A stretch of 64,000 nt of DNA from a virus (lineage: Duplodnaviria; Caudoviricetes), in the IMG/VR virus record IMGVR_UViG_3300035208_007487, one strand, 5' to 3'. Of this stretch, positions 17,223 to 27,469 are shown piece after piece. Position 1 is the stretch's first letter. Each line of letters begins with the position of its first letter. Both the position numbers and the translations under genes were made by a program. The notes beneath the pieces are model-generated. The model did not search any database. It saw nothing but the letters and a program-made list of their open reading frames with translations, and had not been told where the DNA came from.

Positions 17223-17756
17223 TTATTTTCTTTCTAAGTATATTGCATGAAATTTATAGGTATTGAATGTTCGGTATTCATCAGTAGTATATTGAATAGT
17301 AGATCTTGAATTGCTATATGCATTGCCTGAATAACCAATAGATGAATTATTTCCATATATTGTTCCATTATAAGTAGTATTACTATTTGTATTTACTGTA
17401 GCTTCATGATCAATTGGTACTAACCTAGTAGTTGAATTAATTAATTCAGGGGTAGTTACAATTACTAAATCTGCATCTACTTCAGAGCCTTGTTCAGTTG
17501 CACAACCTATACTAGTAGTATTTGAATTATAATATCCAATGAAAGCAGAATATCCTAATAACCTTAAATTATATTTTTCTAAAGTATCATAATCAATATA
17601 TGGGGTATTTTCAACAACAATTGTATTGGGCATTTTATTTTTATTTTTAATTTGAGCTATATTAATAGTATGATAATAATCCCCATATGCACCAGCACAC
17701 CCAAGTAATGTATTTAAACATAAGATTAAGACAGCAAATGCTAAGATTTTTTTCAT
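17223..17756 (-). CDS. putative lipoprotein (paralog of 14841-15401)
   Basis: lipobox LLGC. Confidence 0.8.
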   Translation of the reverse strand: MKKILAFAVLILCLNTLLGCAGAYGDYYHTINIAQIKNKNKMPNTIVVENTPYIDYDTLEKYNLRLLGYSAFIGYYNSNTTSIGCATEQGSEVDADLVIVTTPELINSTTRLVPIDHEATVNTNSNTTYNGTIYGNNSSIGYSGNAYSNSRSTIQYTTDEYRTFNTYKFHAIYLERK

Positions 17757-18056
17757 TAAACTATTTCTCCGTGTAAATTAGTTATTCTAAATCTTTTTGA
17801 TTATAGTGTGAAATGTTTATGTAATTGGGATTCAGTTGGTTCAGTCATTTGGACGACTTTCTTGTAGTTCAATTAATTTTTTAACCAAATCATATTGATT
17901 TTGTGCATTAGGTGGAAACCAAATATCAATCATATAACAATCAATATATTTGATTAATTTTTTTACTTCTTCTAATAAATCAGCATTTTCTTTAGATTCT
18001 ACACATAATTCATTAATTTTATCATATATTTTATTAATAGCTAATAATAAATTATT

Positions 18057-18239
18057 TCATTGGGCTTCGGCTGCTTCATGATATAGTTCATTAAGCCAAA
18101 GAGTTACTTGCCTCAAATTAATAAAAATAGTATATTCTTCTTTATTTGTTAATCGTTCATATAATTCACAATAAAAATCTCCAGTAGATTTAATATTTTC
18201 TTTCACCCATTCTGTAAATATTTCTAGTGCATTTTTCAT
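18057..18239 (-). CDS. hypothetical protein
   Basis: ATGA-coupled ORF. Confidence 0.55.
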   Translation of the reverse strand: MKNALEIFTEWVKENIKSTGDFYCELYERLTNKEEYTIFINLRQVTLWLNELYHEAAEAQ

Positions 18240-18544
18240 TTGTTACCTATTCCAGCCCATTTCATTAATTCAGTTGCATACTCAGAAGCTATAAGTATCC
18301 AAGCATCTTTAATAGTAAGATTTGATAGATTATATTCAATAATAGTAGTTTCTTCATCATATTCATTGCTATAAAAATAAGGCAATGCTCCTAATGTATA
18401 TGAAAATTCTGCTAAGTTTTTAGTAGTCCATTTCCATTTTGGTCCTCGATATTCATCATTTATCATTGTAGCAAATGCAATTCCAGTGCATTTGATTACC
18501 ATTTGAATAAATTCTGCTATTCTTACTCCTTTTAATTCTTTCAT
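18236..18544 (-). CDS. hypothetical protein
   Basis: operonic ORF. Confidence 0.65.
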   Translation of the reverse strand: MKELKGVRIAEFIQMVIKCTGIAFATMINDEYRGPKWKWTTKNLAEFSYTLGALPYFYSNEYDEETTIIEYNLSNLTIKDAWILIASEYATELMKWAGIGNK

Positions 18545-18622
18545 AATATTGTAGCCTTTATTTTATCATTAATTTTAGAATGAGAGCTAAATTAACATCT
18601 GTTTTTACAGTAGTATTCATAA

Positions 18623-19096
18623 TTAAAAATGAATATCTGAATGAATTATATAGCCTCTTTTGAGGGCTTTTATTTTAAGTATAGTTGGTAATTGCTCAAC
18701 ATCTGGCTTAGATTCAATCTGAATTTGGCCTATTGATATTATAATTTTTGCATATTTGTAATCTTGATCTAAATCTTTTTTTAACTTATTTACGAAATGA
18801 CTACCTATTTTATTTAATTCTAATATATTGAAATTATTTACAATATAAGTAAAAGGATCGAAAGTAGTATTCAATTTAAACGTATTTCTAAACAATTTAC
18901 CAGAATATGTTAAGATGAATAAATCTTCGGCTGGATTAATTATATCAAATTCATTATCATTCTGGACAATATAGTTGGGTAGATTAAATTCATATCCTAG
19001 ATACCATGCAATTGCTTTAACTACATGGCTTTTAGATATACTGGTATCAATATCATCTATCATAGACATTTTTATTTTCTTTCTGTTTAGCTTCAT
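18623..19096 (-). CDS. hypothetical protein
   Basis: ORF; true start probably at a downstream Met. Confidence 0.6.
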   Translation of the reverse strand: MKLNRKKIKMSMIDDIDTSISKSHVVKAIAWYLGYEFNLPNYIVQNDNEFDIINPAEDLFILTYSGKLFRNTFKLNTTFDPFTYIVNNFNILELNKIGSHFVNKLKKDLDQDYKYAKIIISIGQIQIESKPDVEQLPTILKIKALKRGYIIHSDIHF

Positions 19097-19259
19097 TTTC
19101 TATACATTGTTTAGATCGAACTATAGTATTGCCACTTGGACTGATATATTCAATAGTTCCACATAGATATTCATATGCATCATTCATAATCATAGGAGAT
19201 TCTAATTCATTACAGCAAGGGCATTTACCCATAATTGGGGGATATTCTTTAAATTCCAT
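19053..19259 (-). CDS. small Cys-rich protein (paralog of 19757-19930)
   Basis: CPCC...YLCGT...RSKQCIENEAKQKE. Confidence 0.7.
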   Translation of the reverse strand: MEFKEYPPIMGKCPCCNELESPMIMNDAYEYLCGTIEYISPSGNTIVRSKQCIENEAKQKENKNVYDR

Positions 19260-19268
19260 TATGTATCC

Positions 19269-19475
19269 TTACGTATTTAATGGGCAATTAGGGTGGATAT
19301 TTTTAAACATATTAAAATCACCAATTCCAACTTTAAATCCAGGTCCATCTTTTTCTAAACATTCCCAAACACCAATTGGAGCAGAAGTAAAAGGATCATC
19401 ATGATCCCAAGCTGAATTATAAATTCTAGGACAATCATGACAACATTCTACATCATGAGTAATTTGAACTTGCAT
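19269..19475 (-). CDS. small Cys-rich phage protein
   Basis: CxDCP...C...IHPNCPL. Confidence 0.7.
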   Translation of the reverse strand: MQVQITHDVECCHDCPRIYNSAWDHDDPFTSAPIGVWECLEKDGPGFKVGIGDFNMFKNIHPNCPLNT

Positions 19476-19481
19476 TATATT

Positions 19482-19760
19482 TTACTTTCTTTTGAATTTA
19501 GTAGTGCGTTTTAAAACATCAATAAAACATGCAATGTCTTCTAAAGAAGAAGTTCTAGCATATATAATTTCATCATTTTTAATAATCACTCGTTCTTTGC
19601 ATCCATCTGGATGAATTGTAACAAAGCAATCACATTTTAATGAAACATTCCCATTTAATTTATCTTTGGCATATTGAGTTGTATCCTCATCAATGAACCA
19701 TTTAATAGGACCATTTGGACCATCTGTTAGAAAGTCTGGATCTTTATTGAAATCAATCAT
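19482..19760 (-). CDS. hypothetical protein
   Basis: operonic ORF. Confidence 0.65.
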   Translation of the reverse strand: MIDFNKDPDFLTDGPNGPIKWFIDEDTTQYAKDKLNGNVSLKCDCFVTIHPDGCKERVIIKNDEIIYARTSSLEDIACFIDVLKRTTKFKRK

Positions 19761-19930
19761 TTAATTTCTTTTTGTTTAGCTTCATTTTCTATACATTGTT
19801 TAGATCTTGTTACATTATCTTTAATAGCTCTAAGATACTTGAAAGTTCCGCATGGATATCTAATAGCATCCAGCATATTCCGATAACTTATTGCTTCGGC
19901 TCCGCAAAATGGACATTTAATTGTTTTCAT
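19757..19930 (-). CDS. small Cys-rich protein (57 aa, absent from the ORF track)
   Basis: MKTIKCPFCG...YPCGT...RSKQCIENEAKQKE; DNA-level duplication with ~19085-19117. Confidence 0.7.
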   Translation of the reverse strand: MKTIKCPFCGAEAISYRNMLDAIRYPCGTFKYLRAIKDNVTRSKQCIENEAKQKEIK

Positions 19931-19956
19931 TGTAAACCTTATTATTTTGGATTATA

Positions 19957-20472
19957 TTATTTTATTAAGATAAATTTATATGAATCTGGGATAATCATAT
20001 CCATATTCCAAGATAACGCATGGGGATCATTAATACCAGATGAACTCCCTAATTGCGGTATTGGTGTTAAATTAAACGATGAAAGAGATTCACTTCTATT
20101 TGGATTATTTGCATATATAGTAGGCCATTTATAATATTTAATAGTAATATCTAACCATTTATCTAAATTTACTCTATATGAAATAATATGCGCTATTTTA
20201 GGGTCAATAGATAATTTACCTTGTTTAGGTAAATCAATCCCTCCAATTGACTTATTATCAATGCACAATAAATCAATAAATTCATATTCAATTATTGGAG
20301 CATTTTTAATTTTAATTATAAATTGAGCAAATTTATAATTTTCAAGTATCCATTTAATATCATCTTGATCTTCTAGAATTTCCCAGACTTTACCTAATGG
20401 AAATATATTGGGCAATGAAACATTACGTATTGATAATATTTCATATTTTTCTTCATCTGTTAATATTGACAT
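19957..20472 (-). CDS. hypothetical protein
   Basis: operonic ORF. Confidence 0.65.
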   Translation of the reverse strand: MSILTDEEKYEILSIRNVSLPNIFPLGKVWEILEDQDDIKWILENYKFAQFIIKIKNAPIIEYEFIDLLCIDNKSIGGIDLPKQGKLSIDPKIAHIISYRVNLDKWLDITIKYYKWPTIYANNPNRSESLSSFNLTPIPQLGSSSGINDPHALSWNMDMIIPDSYKFILIK

Positions 20473-20473
20473 A

Positions 20474-20668
20474 TTAATTTCCTTTGTTTTTTAAATCTTC
20501 TCTTTTATCATTAATTGCAGCATCTGTTCTTTTTAAATCTTTAGCAGTATTATGCGCTGGAATTTTATTTTTTTCATCCCTTAATATTTTTTGACATTCT
20601 GGTTCAGTATAATGTTTTCCAGCGTTTTCTGCTAAATTTTTTGATTTTGGTAAATACCTTTTCATCAT
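20474..20668 (-). CDS. small basic hypothetical protein
   Basis: GAGG RBS. Confidence 0.6.
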   Translation of the reverse strand: MMKRYLPKSKNLAENAGKHYTEPECQKILRDEKNKIPAHNTAKDLKRTDAAINDKREDLKNKGN

Positions 20669-20727
20669 TAATTCCTCATTAGAAAGACGGTATTGCCTTT
20701 CATCTGCTCAAATTATATCATTTAATA

Positions 20728-21114
20728 TTAATGCCATCCTTTTTCTAGCCATAATTCTACATTTGAAGTTGGAGTGCCTTGTATCCAATGTGAACCTGTT
20801 ATTAACAATGGTAGTGGAAATCCTGGATCATATATTAATCTCATTAGCATTGTGCTATCTGTTGTAAATATGCAAGAATCTAATCCATTAACACGCTTAC
20901 AAATATAAATAGGCGTAGATTGAAATCTAATATCCGACCCATTTATATTAAGTAATTGCCATTTATTATCCTCATTACTTAATATTAAATGAGCAATTAC
21001 TTTATATTCACTATTATTAATAGTAACTGGATTATTTGAAAATATAAAAGTAACTCTTTCAGTTGCAAAAGAAACGCCAAAGAATAGTAAGAGTATTGCA
21101 ATTAGATTCTTCAT
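20728..21114 (-). CDS. secreted protein
   Basis: signal peptide followed by ATERV, as in 15652-16701. Confidence 0.7.
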   Translation of the reverse strand: MKNLIAILLLFFGVSFATERVTFIFSNNPVTINNSEYKVIAHLILSNEDNKWQLLNINGSDIRFQSTPIYICKRVNGLDSCIFTTDSTMLMRLIYDPGFPLPLLITGSHWIQGTPTSNVELWLEKGWH

Positions 21115-21998
21115 TTTATATCCCTATTATTAATAAAGGATGAATTTATTTTCATCATGATAGCAAATCTATTACCTTCTTCATTTGCATTTTCTTTAAC
21201 AATCATTCTATCATTAATTAATGTTAATACTTTATAACCAGCTTGCTTTTTATTTCTTTGCATAAATCTAATATGATCGTTATTGGTTATATAAGTGAAA
21301 TCTTCCATTATTGCTTGTTTTTTAGATAAAGCAACTCCACTAAGAATTAGTCCTAGTATATTTATATTTCGATTATGTTTAATAATTGAATCCGCCTCAA
21401 ACCATTCATAACTATGGCTGTTTTCAAATTCTATATAATGAAATCTATTAAATTTCATATTACTACCTAATGTGGTAAATTTTTTAAAATTCCAAAGCCC
21501 CTTCAAATTATTAAAATCAATTTTCCCGCTATTTATTACCACACATTTGCTAATTGCAGCAGTATAATTACCTAAAGAATCTTTACCTCTAATTAATACA
21601 TTAAAAATTCCAGGTAATAATGAAGAATCAGGCGTTATTACTACAAAGCCATTGTTATTGCTACTTTTTGTAAGAGGGATCTCAATAAATTCATTAGATG
21701 AATCTACCTCAATACTAATCGCTTTAATATCTCCCATTTTTGAATTCCAATTTATATTAATAGTATCTTTATTATAATCATTTAATACAATTACTTCATT
21801 TTTAAATTTAATTTTTATTTTAGAATATCCTAGCTTTAGACTACTATCAATATTATGAATTGTTGAATTGTCTGCAATGAATCTAGAAGCAACTCCTTTA
21901 GAAACTTTCATCGGATCAATTGAGTCTAATTTTTTAGGATAATGCTCAGAGTCACAACCAATTAATATAGCAAATAGTAACATAATTAATTTATTCAT
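21111..21998 (-). CDS. putative lipoprotein
   Basis: lipobox LIGC. Confidence 0.75.
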   Translation of the reverse strand: MNKLIMLLFAILIGCDSEHYPKKLDSIDPMKVSKGVASRFIADNSTIHNIDSSLKLGYSKIKIKFKNEVIVLNDYNKDTININWNSKMGDIKAISIEVDSSNEFIEIPLTKSSNNNGFVVITPDSSLLPGIFNVLIRGKDSLGNYTAAISKCVVINSGKIDFNNLKGLWNFKKFTTLGSNMKFNRFHYIEFENSHSYEWFEADSIIKHNRNINILGLILSGVALSKKQAIMEDFTYITNNDHIRFMQRNKKQAGYKVLTLINDRMIVKENANEEGNRFAIMMKINSSFINNRDIK

Positions 21999-22435
21999 TA
22001 TTCAATCCCTTTATTTTTTAATAATAATAGTACAAGATCAGATTCCAATTTATCTAAAGTATTAGGAGTTATTTCACTAAAGTCATCCCAATCAAATTCA
22101 TTTTTATTAAATTCAATGGGATTTCCTTTAGCATTATAAGCCACAAGAAGTTTTTGCCTAACATAAATAGAAAGACCATAAACATATTCCCTTTTAATTA
22201 CAATTCCAGAATCACTATTATTTGGAGAAAATGCTTCAAATACAAATACATGAAGATTTTTAACAGAATCCCTGTAATACATTAAATCAGAAGTATCAAT
22301 ATATCTAGCTAAACTACGATTTTTTGTAGTAATACATACATAAGGTGCATCTCTAAAAGGAGAATGAGTAATGTGTCTTTTTTGGGCAAAACATATTGAT
22401 GTTGCAAATAGTAATCCAAGTATTAGCTTTTTCAT
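21998..22435 (-). CDS. secreted protein (possible paralog of 46818-47321)
   Basis: MKKLILGLL signal peptide; YIDTSDL...HVFVF. Confidence 0.7.
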   Translation of the reverse strand: MKKLILGLLFATSICFAQKRHITHSPFRDAPYVCITTKNRSLARYIDTSDLMYYRDSVKNLHVFVFEAFSPNNSDSGIVIKREYVYGLSIYVRQKLLVAYNAKGNPIEFNKNEFDWDDFSEITPNTLDKLESDLVLLLLKNKGIE

Positions 22436-22568
22436 CTCAAATCTTTCTGTGAAGTTATTGAAAAAATATGGCCGTTTAAAGCAGCTCAATCATTAGTCTA
22501 TGTAGTTCTTCACAAAACTAATAAAAGTACTTTCAAATGGCTAAAATCAGGCTTAGAATTGAATCTAG

Positions 22569-22961
22569 TTAGTTACAACCAGCTTCTCGTTTAGCTTCTT
22601 CATATGCAGCTTCAATGCCCTGCTCTCTAGCAACATGATCATCGGTAGCTTGATCATTATACAAAGGAGTTTGACTTTCAGCTTTAACTTGATTGAGGTG
22701 AGTAATTTCAAGATTATTGCAAGCTTCTTTTTTAATTAATTCTTTTTGCTGTTCATTAATATTCGCATCTTGAGCAGCGGAAGGAGTATTTGCTGGTGCA
22801 GTAATTGGAGTTGATGGAGTGGAAGAATAATCGGCATCTTCTGGTTTATTGCAAGAACGAATAACATATATGCAGAATCCAAGTATAATAAGTCCAATAG
22901 TTAGTTTTAATGTGCTATGGGAAGATTTAGAAGTTTTGGGCTGTTCATTTTCTTCAGACAT
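22569..22961 (-). CDS. membrane-anchored protein
   Basis: single TM followed by a Pro/Thr/Ala linker; AAGGA RBS. Confidence 0.75.
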   Translation of the reverse strand: MSEENEQPKTSKSSHSTLKLTIGLIILGFCIYVIRSCNKPEDADYSSTPSTPITAPANTPSAAQDANINEQQKELIKKEACNNLEITHLNQVKAESQTPLYNDQATDDHVAREQGIEAAYEEAKREAGCN

Positions 22962-23030
22962 GGTTGGTCCTTTCTGAGTAATCAGTGGCTAGTATTGACT
23001 AATATAACAAAACTGAATGCGCATGTAGTC

Positions 23031-23402
23031 TCATTCAGTTAGTAGCTTAAAGCCTTTAGAATGAATTCTTTCAAGTAGTATTATTCTATCATTTATAGAT
23101 TCTGAATAATCATTCATTAATTCCTCTGGAAGATTTTCAAATGAATCTCCATAATATTGCACATTTAGCTGCCTATGAATACATGTATAATATATTAGTT
23201 CATATCTATTTTTTAAATAAGCCAATTTATTATAGAAAAATTTTACATGACCTGTTCCCAAAGTAAAAGCAGGTGGAATATTTTGCATACTCACTCGACC
23301 TGCTTTTACCATATTTGGAATTCTTTTAATTTCTCTATGTTCAGCTAAAAGTAATTTAGTTGGCAATTCATCTGGAATTATTCCTACATTAATTCTTGTC
23401 AT
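23031..23402 (-). CDS. denV: pyrimidine-dimer DNA glycosylase (T4 endonuclease V)
   Basis: MTRIN...LLAEHREIKRI...FTLGTGHVKFFYNKL signature. Confidence 0.92.
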   Translation of the reverse strand: MTRINVGIIPDELPTKLLLAEHREIKRIPNMVKAGRVSMQNIPPAFTLGTGHVKFFYNKLAYLKNRYELIYYTCIHRQLNVQYYGDSFENLPEELMNDYSESINDRIILLERIHSKGFKLLTE

Positions 23403-23886
23403 CTACATCTATAATACAAAACCCAGATAGATCTTTAATGAAGGCATCAATGTATTTTTTACAATTAAGGTGCCATTCCATATTACGAATGAAATCATTG
23501 GCTTGCTCATATGCATCTTCACCAACAGTAGTTTTTAAGTCAGTTCCCCAATATCCATGACTAATCATAGTAAAAACAGAATGATCATAATTAAGATCTG
23601 AATTATCTAGTTCAATTCTCCAGTTATTACCATATCGCCAATATCTACGATCAATGCATCTTCCCAAAAATCGCAAACCAAGTTCAGAAGTGCATCTGAA
23701 CCAAATGGCAAAAGGTTTTTTACCATGCCCGCAACAAGATTCACAAGTCTGTATTCCTGGTAAACTATTAAGAGCATCACATAATGGAATACATTCAACA
23801 TCCATCTGTTCATCATAGTTTTGACTATAGTTTAATTTAAACATTATTTTATGTCCTCGTATAATAGATAACCTTTTGCTCTGCAT
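23389..23886 (-). CDS. conserved phage protein with TxESCxGH motif
   Basis: CIPLCDALNSLPGIQTCESCCGHG; start probably at a downstream Met. Confidence 0.7.
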   Translation of the reverse strand: MQSKRLSIIRGHKIMFKLNYSQNYDEQMDVECIPLCDALNSLPGIQTCESCCGHGKKPFAIWFRCTSELGLRFLGRCIDRRYWRYGNNWRIELDNSDLNYDHSVFTMISHGYWGTDLKTTVGEDAYEQANDFIRNMEWHLNCKKYIDAFIKDLSGFCIIDVDDKN

Positions 23887-24104
23887 TCTTTCACCGCATC
23901 TTCTAATGTTTTTGCATCTAATGGAATCTTTTCCATATTAGGCACGGTACACCATCCAACAAAGTGTGGCGCAAGATGTTCCTGGCAATATATGATTTGA
24001 TTGAAACCAAATTCTTTTTCATCTTCCGTTCTCGGTTTTTTAATATCACTCAATTTAATCTCATCTTTCTCCAGATTTATTTCCAGATTTATTGTTTGAA
24101 TCAA
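23844..24104 (-). CDS. hypothetical protein
   Basis: YCQEHLAPH..GWCTV motif. Confidence 0.7.
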   Translation of the reverse strand: MIQTINLEINLEKDEIKLSDIKKPRTEDEKEFGFNQIIYCQEHLAPHFVGWCTVPNMEKIPLDAKTLEDAVKECRAKGYLLYEDIK

Positions 24105-24478
24105 TCATCGTGAGGTTGAGGTTTAAATTTAAGAGGGAAAATAGTAAGATTATATTCATATTTGGGCTTCTTAGGTTCAGATATATCAATAATAATTAAA
24201 CATTTACCTCTAGAAGTTTTAATATCATATCCGCCCATATCCAATCTTTCACTGCTAAAAATATTGGATAGTGCAGATTTGGTATTTAATCCTAATAGCT
24301 CTTTTACAATAGGATTTAATTCTTCTTCTGCAAGATTTGGCTCTATTTGAACTTCTTCATCTACATCATCAAAGTGGATATGATAATGCATAAATTCACC
24401 TTTAAGATCTTTGATGATCTGTTCTTTATTGGCAATAATATGATCTCTTACTAATTGAATAGATTTAGTTGTATTCAT
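24101..24478 (-). CDS. hypothetical protein
   Basis: operonic ORF. Confidence 0.65.
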   Translation of the reverse strand: MNTTKSIQLVRDHIIANKEQIIKDLKGEFMHYHIHFDDVDEEVQIEPNLAEEELNPIVKELLGLNTKSALSNIFSSERLDMGGYDIKTSRGKCLIIIDISEPKKPKYEYNLTIFPLKFKPQPHDD

Positions 24479-24484
24479 TTTTAT

Positions 24485-24874
24485 TTACCTTTCTTTAGGA
24501 GGTTCATTTATGAAAGGAATATTAGGTAGAAAGCTTTCCCATTTCTTTACAATCTTTAGTTTATTTTCAATGATAGGTCTAGGCGGAGCTTTAGCTTTTT
24601 GAAGTTCATAAACTTCTATTTCAGCTTCTTCAATATATTGATTGATTTCATTAATTACAATATTGACATAAAATCGCAAGCCTCCAAATTTTTCCTTTAC
24701 TTGCATAACTTGAAATTCAATACCTGGATGAGCGATTAAGTAATTCTCAATCTTCTCACTCAATCTATTAAGAATATCAAACCATTCATCAGGTGCCCAA
24801 AATCCACATACGATATCTTTTTCATATGTTTTGGGATACAATTCTTTAAGTTTAATGTAGGAATCTTTTAGCAT
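24485..24874 (-). CDS. conserved phage protein (QVKEKFGGLRFY family)
   Basis: motif QVKEKFGGLRFY. Confidence 0.8.
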   Translation of the reverse strand: MLKDSYIKLKELYPKTYEKDIVCGFWAPDEWFDILNRLSEKIENYLIAHPGIEFQVMQVKEKFGGLRFYVNIVINEINQYIEEAEIEVYELQKAKAPPRPIIENKLKIVKKWESFLPNIPFINEPPKER

Positions 24875-25206
24875 TATTTTTTGCTCATTAAATGATTAGC
24901 ATTGGTATCAATCTTTTTAGTGCTATCATTTAGCTTGTAAAAATTGATACCAATATTATCACCAATTTTAAACTTTTCACAAGTATCTAAGATACCATAA
25001 TCATCAGTAGCACCTTCACCTCCAAAGAAAGAAGCCACATTACTGACATCTTCTTTAATAATAGCAGTCGTATAATATATGCATAAACCATGTCCATTAT
25101 AATTTTCAATTTTATAAACTTTTTCTTTAGCATCAATTGGATGATAATAATTCTCGCATCCACTTAGAATAGCAAATGCAAACAAACACATGAGTATCTT
25201 TTTCAT
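24874..25206 (-). CDS. putative lipoprotein
   Basis: lipobox LSGC. Confidence 0.75.
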   Translation of the reverse strand: MKKILMCLFAFAILSGCENYYHPIDAKEKVYKIENYNGHGLCIYYTTAIIKEDVSNVASFFGGEGATDDYGILDTCEKFKIGDNIGINFYKLNDSTKKIDTNANHLMSKK

Positions 25207-25502
25207 TATTCAGCTTCTTTCAGGTAAAGAGTATGTTCAGGAATGAATGGAGCAATTTTGAACAATTCTTTCTTATAACGAGTTTTCAACTCGCTACATT
25301 CTTTTTCATAATTCTCCTTAAGTTCTTGGATCTTTTCCATAAGAGCAATGCCTTCAGATTCTTCAAGGATCATTATAGGCTTTACAATCATTTCCTGATA
25401 ACCATAAACACGAAAATTTCCATTGGGTAGAATCTCTTTAGCCTTATCTCCTAAACAATAAGGATAAAGATCATATTTCCAAAACACATAGAGGGAATTC
25501 AT
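25206..25502 (-). CDS. hypothetical protein
   Basis: LYVFWKYDLYPYCLG motif. Confidence 0.7.
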   Translation of the reverse strand: MNSLYVFWKYDLYPYCLGDKAKEILPNGNFRVYGYQEMIVKPIMILEESEGIALMEKIQELKENYEKECSELKTRYKKELFKIAPFIPEHTLYLKEAE

Positions 25503-25849
25503 TCTTTTACTTCCTTATTTTGATTAAGCATAGTATCAAAAACATGTTGATCTGTTAAAAGATCCTTAACAGTTTCCGTTTCTAGAGCTTCAAGCAATGG
25601 AGTATTAGTGCAATTAAGAGTAGCTTTAAAAATTTTGTCAACTAAATTAGCTGCAATTTTCTTTTTCCAAAGTTCTTGAGTTTTTTCCAATCTATAAGCA
25701 GATTTTCCAATTGCCCAATTAGCTCCATAATGCCCAAAACCACAATAAGGGCATCCATTTGGATATTTGGATTCCCTGAAAATAAATTCACAGCTTGCGC
25801 ATATCCTTAGATCGGCTTTTTTATTAGACAAAATATAGCCTTTCATCAA
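25499..25849 (-). CDS. Zn-ribbon protein
   Basis: CASC...CPYC. Confidence 0.7.
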   Translation of the reverse strand: MMKGYILSNKKADLRICASCEFIFRESKYPNGCPYCGFGHYGANWAIGKSAYRLEKTQELWKKKIAANLVDKIFKATLNCTNTPLLEALETETVKDLLTDQHVFDTMLNQNKEVKE

Positions 25850-25899
25850 GAATTTGAGCCTTTAATGAATATCACTAAAGGCTCAAATTGAATACAATA

Positions 25900-26343
25900 T
25901 TACTTTTTAGAGCTTGAATCAATATTCAAATTGATGATTTGCTTGGGTATGAATTTATTAGTGGGGATCGCAATTGTATCAACGTAGACGCCGTTAGTAT
26001 TGAAATGACTCCACATAAAAGTATGCTCTTTGTAGGCATAATATTTTTGATCCTGATTAAATTTTAAGGCATTAGCCAAATTAGTTGCATTATAATCTTC
26101 ATTTAGTAGCCTAACGTATGTTGCTCGCTGGTTCATGTAGTTTTGAAAAGTAAGATCCTTAGTAATTACATCACCTAAAGTGAATAAGTAAAATAGCGCA
26201 GCATTACCAGCAAGGGCACCACCTGCTATTACCGCACAAGTATACATACAATCCAAAAAATTATTCATTGTATAATTTCTTAGAATTGCACCTGCAAGAC
26301 CAAGCACGATTCCGATTGCCAGGATGATGAGCATGAATCCCAT
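25900..26343 (-). CDS. membrane protein
   Basis: two N-terminal TM segments; AAGGA RBS. Confidence 0.75.
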   Translation of the reverse strand: MGFMLIILAIGIVLGLAGAILRNYTMNNFLDCMYTCAVIAGGALAGNAALFYLFTLGDVITKDLTFQNYMNQRATYVRLLNEDYNATNLANALKFNQDQKYYAYKEHTFMWSHFNTNGVYVDTIAIPTNKFIPKQIINLNIDSSSKK

Positions 26344-26481
26344 TTTTATTCCTTACTATATGTTGTTGATTATTATGCCAATCTGATCATTGTCGAATTT
26401 AGTCAAGCAGATTGGCTTCAAAGTAGAATATAAAATTTTATAGCAGAGTGGCTAGCTGAATTTTAGGGATATTTAATAAAT

Positions 26482-26512
26482 CTATCAACAACTTATCCAC
26501 AATCTATTAACA
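26482..26512 (+). promoter_or_regulatory. tandem DnaA-box-like 9-mers
   Basis: CTATCAACA, TTATCCACA (consensus) and CTATTAACA at 11-bp period. Confidence 0.5.
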
Positions 26513-26634
26513 TTTTCTACTAAATGAGCTTTAAAAAAGTCTTTAAAGGTATTGGTTTAGCAGATTGGCAACATGTACTATTTGCAAATTTTATTTGTGG
26601 AAGTAATTTAAAAGATAAAGAGAAATAACTATTT

Positions 26635-27234
26635 TTACCACTCTCGTTCAAGCAGAGCACATGCAACATCGCTAAGAATTTCATTATTATCAAATGCTCG
26701 AAATACTTGTTCTTTTACAATTCTCTTTTTAGTAATTGAGTACCATGTTTGTGCTTCTGATATTGTTTTAAATGCCTTTTTAATTAGCTCTCCATATCCA
26801 TCATTACACTGCGCCCTATATGTGATATTAATTCTACTTGATTTAATTGAAGGTTTTAATGCACTAACTCCTAATGGCAAATCACCACGAGCTGCACCGG
26901 AATCTGCTAATAATGAATTTAAATACACTGGGATAAATCTACAATATTCTGGAGAGTATATTTTATTGCCTATTTTTAGAATATCCTTATCAAGCACAAA
27001 TCCTTTTTTATAATTATCATCATAAAATTTTTTAAAATTAGAAAATAATAACCATTCCTCACAGACAATACAACCTATATAAGTTGGGTGAATTACTTGG
27101 CATTTTGCGGAATAACAACGGTTGAGCATATTATTCCAACAATGATATGATGGAATCATGTGTCCACTTGTACCTACAGATCCATCGTAATCATTTTCTC
27201 CCACACCGCACACTAATTTATTCTTTTTACGCAT
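26635..27234 (-). CDS. phage HNH-related homing endonuclease-like protein
   Basis: GVG.ND...WNNMLNRCY...VCEEWLLFSNF...LDKDIL..GNKIYSPE.C.FIP..LN; own TTGACA promoter. Confidence 0.75.
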   Translation of the reverse strand: MRKKNKLVCGVGENDYDGSVGTSGHMIPSYHCWNNMLNRCYSAKCQVIHPTYIGCIVCEEWLLFSNFKKFYDDNYKKGFVLDKDILKIGNKIYSPEYCRFIPVYLNSLLADSGAARGDLPLGVSALKPSIKSSRINITYRAQCNDGYGELIKKAFKTISEAQTWYSITKKRIVKEQVFRAFDNNEILSDVACALLEREW

Positions 27235-27469
27235 ATTCACAAGATAATATAAAACTAATGTCATGTCAACACTAAAAACCACATCGGCTATAATAAATGA
27301 TATGAGCCATTTAGCCCTGATAAGTAATTTTATTTGACAATAAATCGACAAATCTGGCAAACCTGCGACTGGAGCTAAGAGCTACACATATGAATCTCAA
27401 ACGTATATTAATAAAAACACATATTCAGATTGTGAAGGATTTTAATTTTAGCATTATATATCTTTTTGT

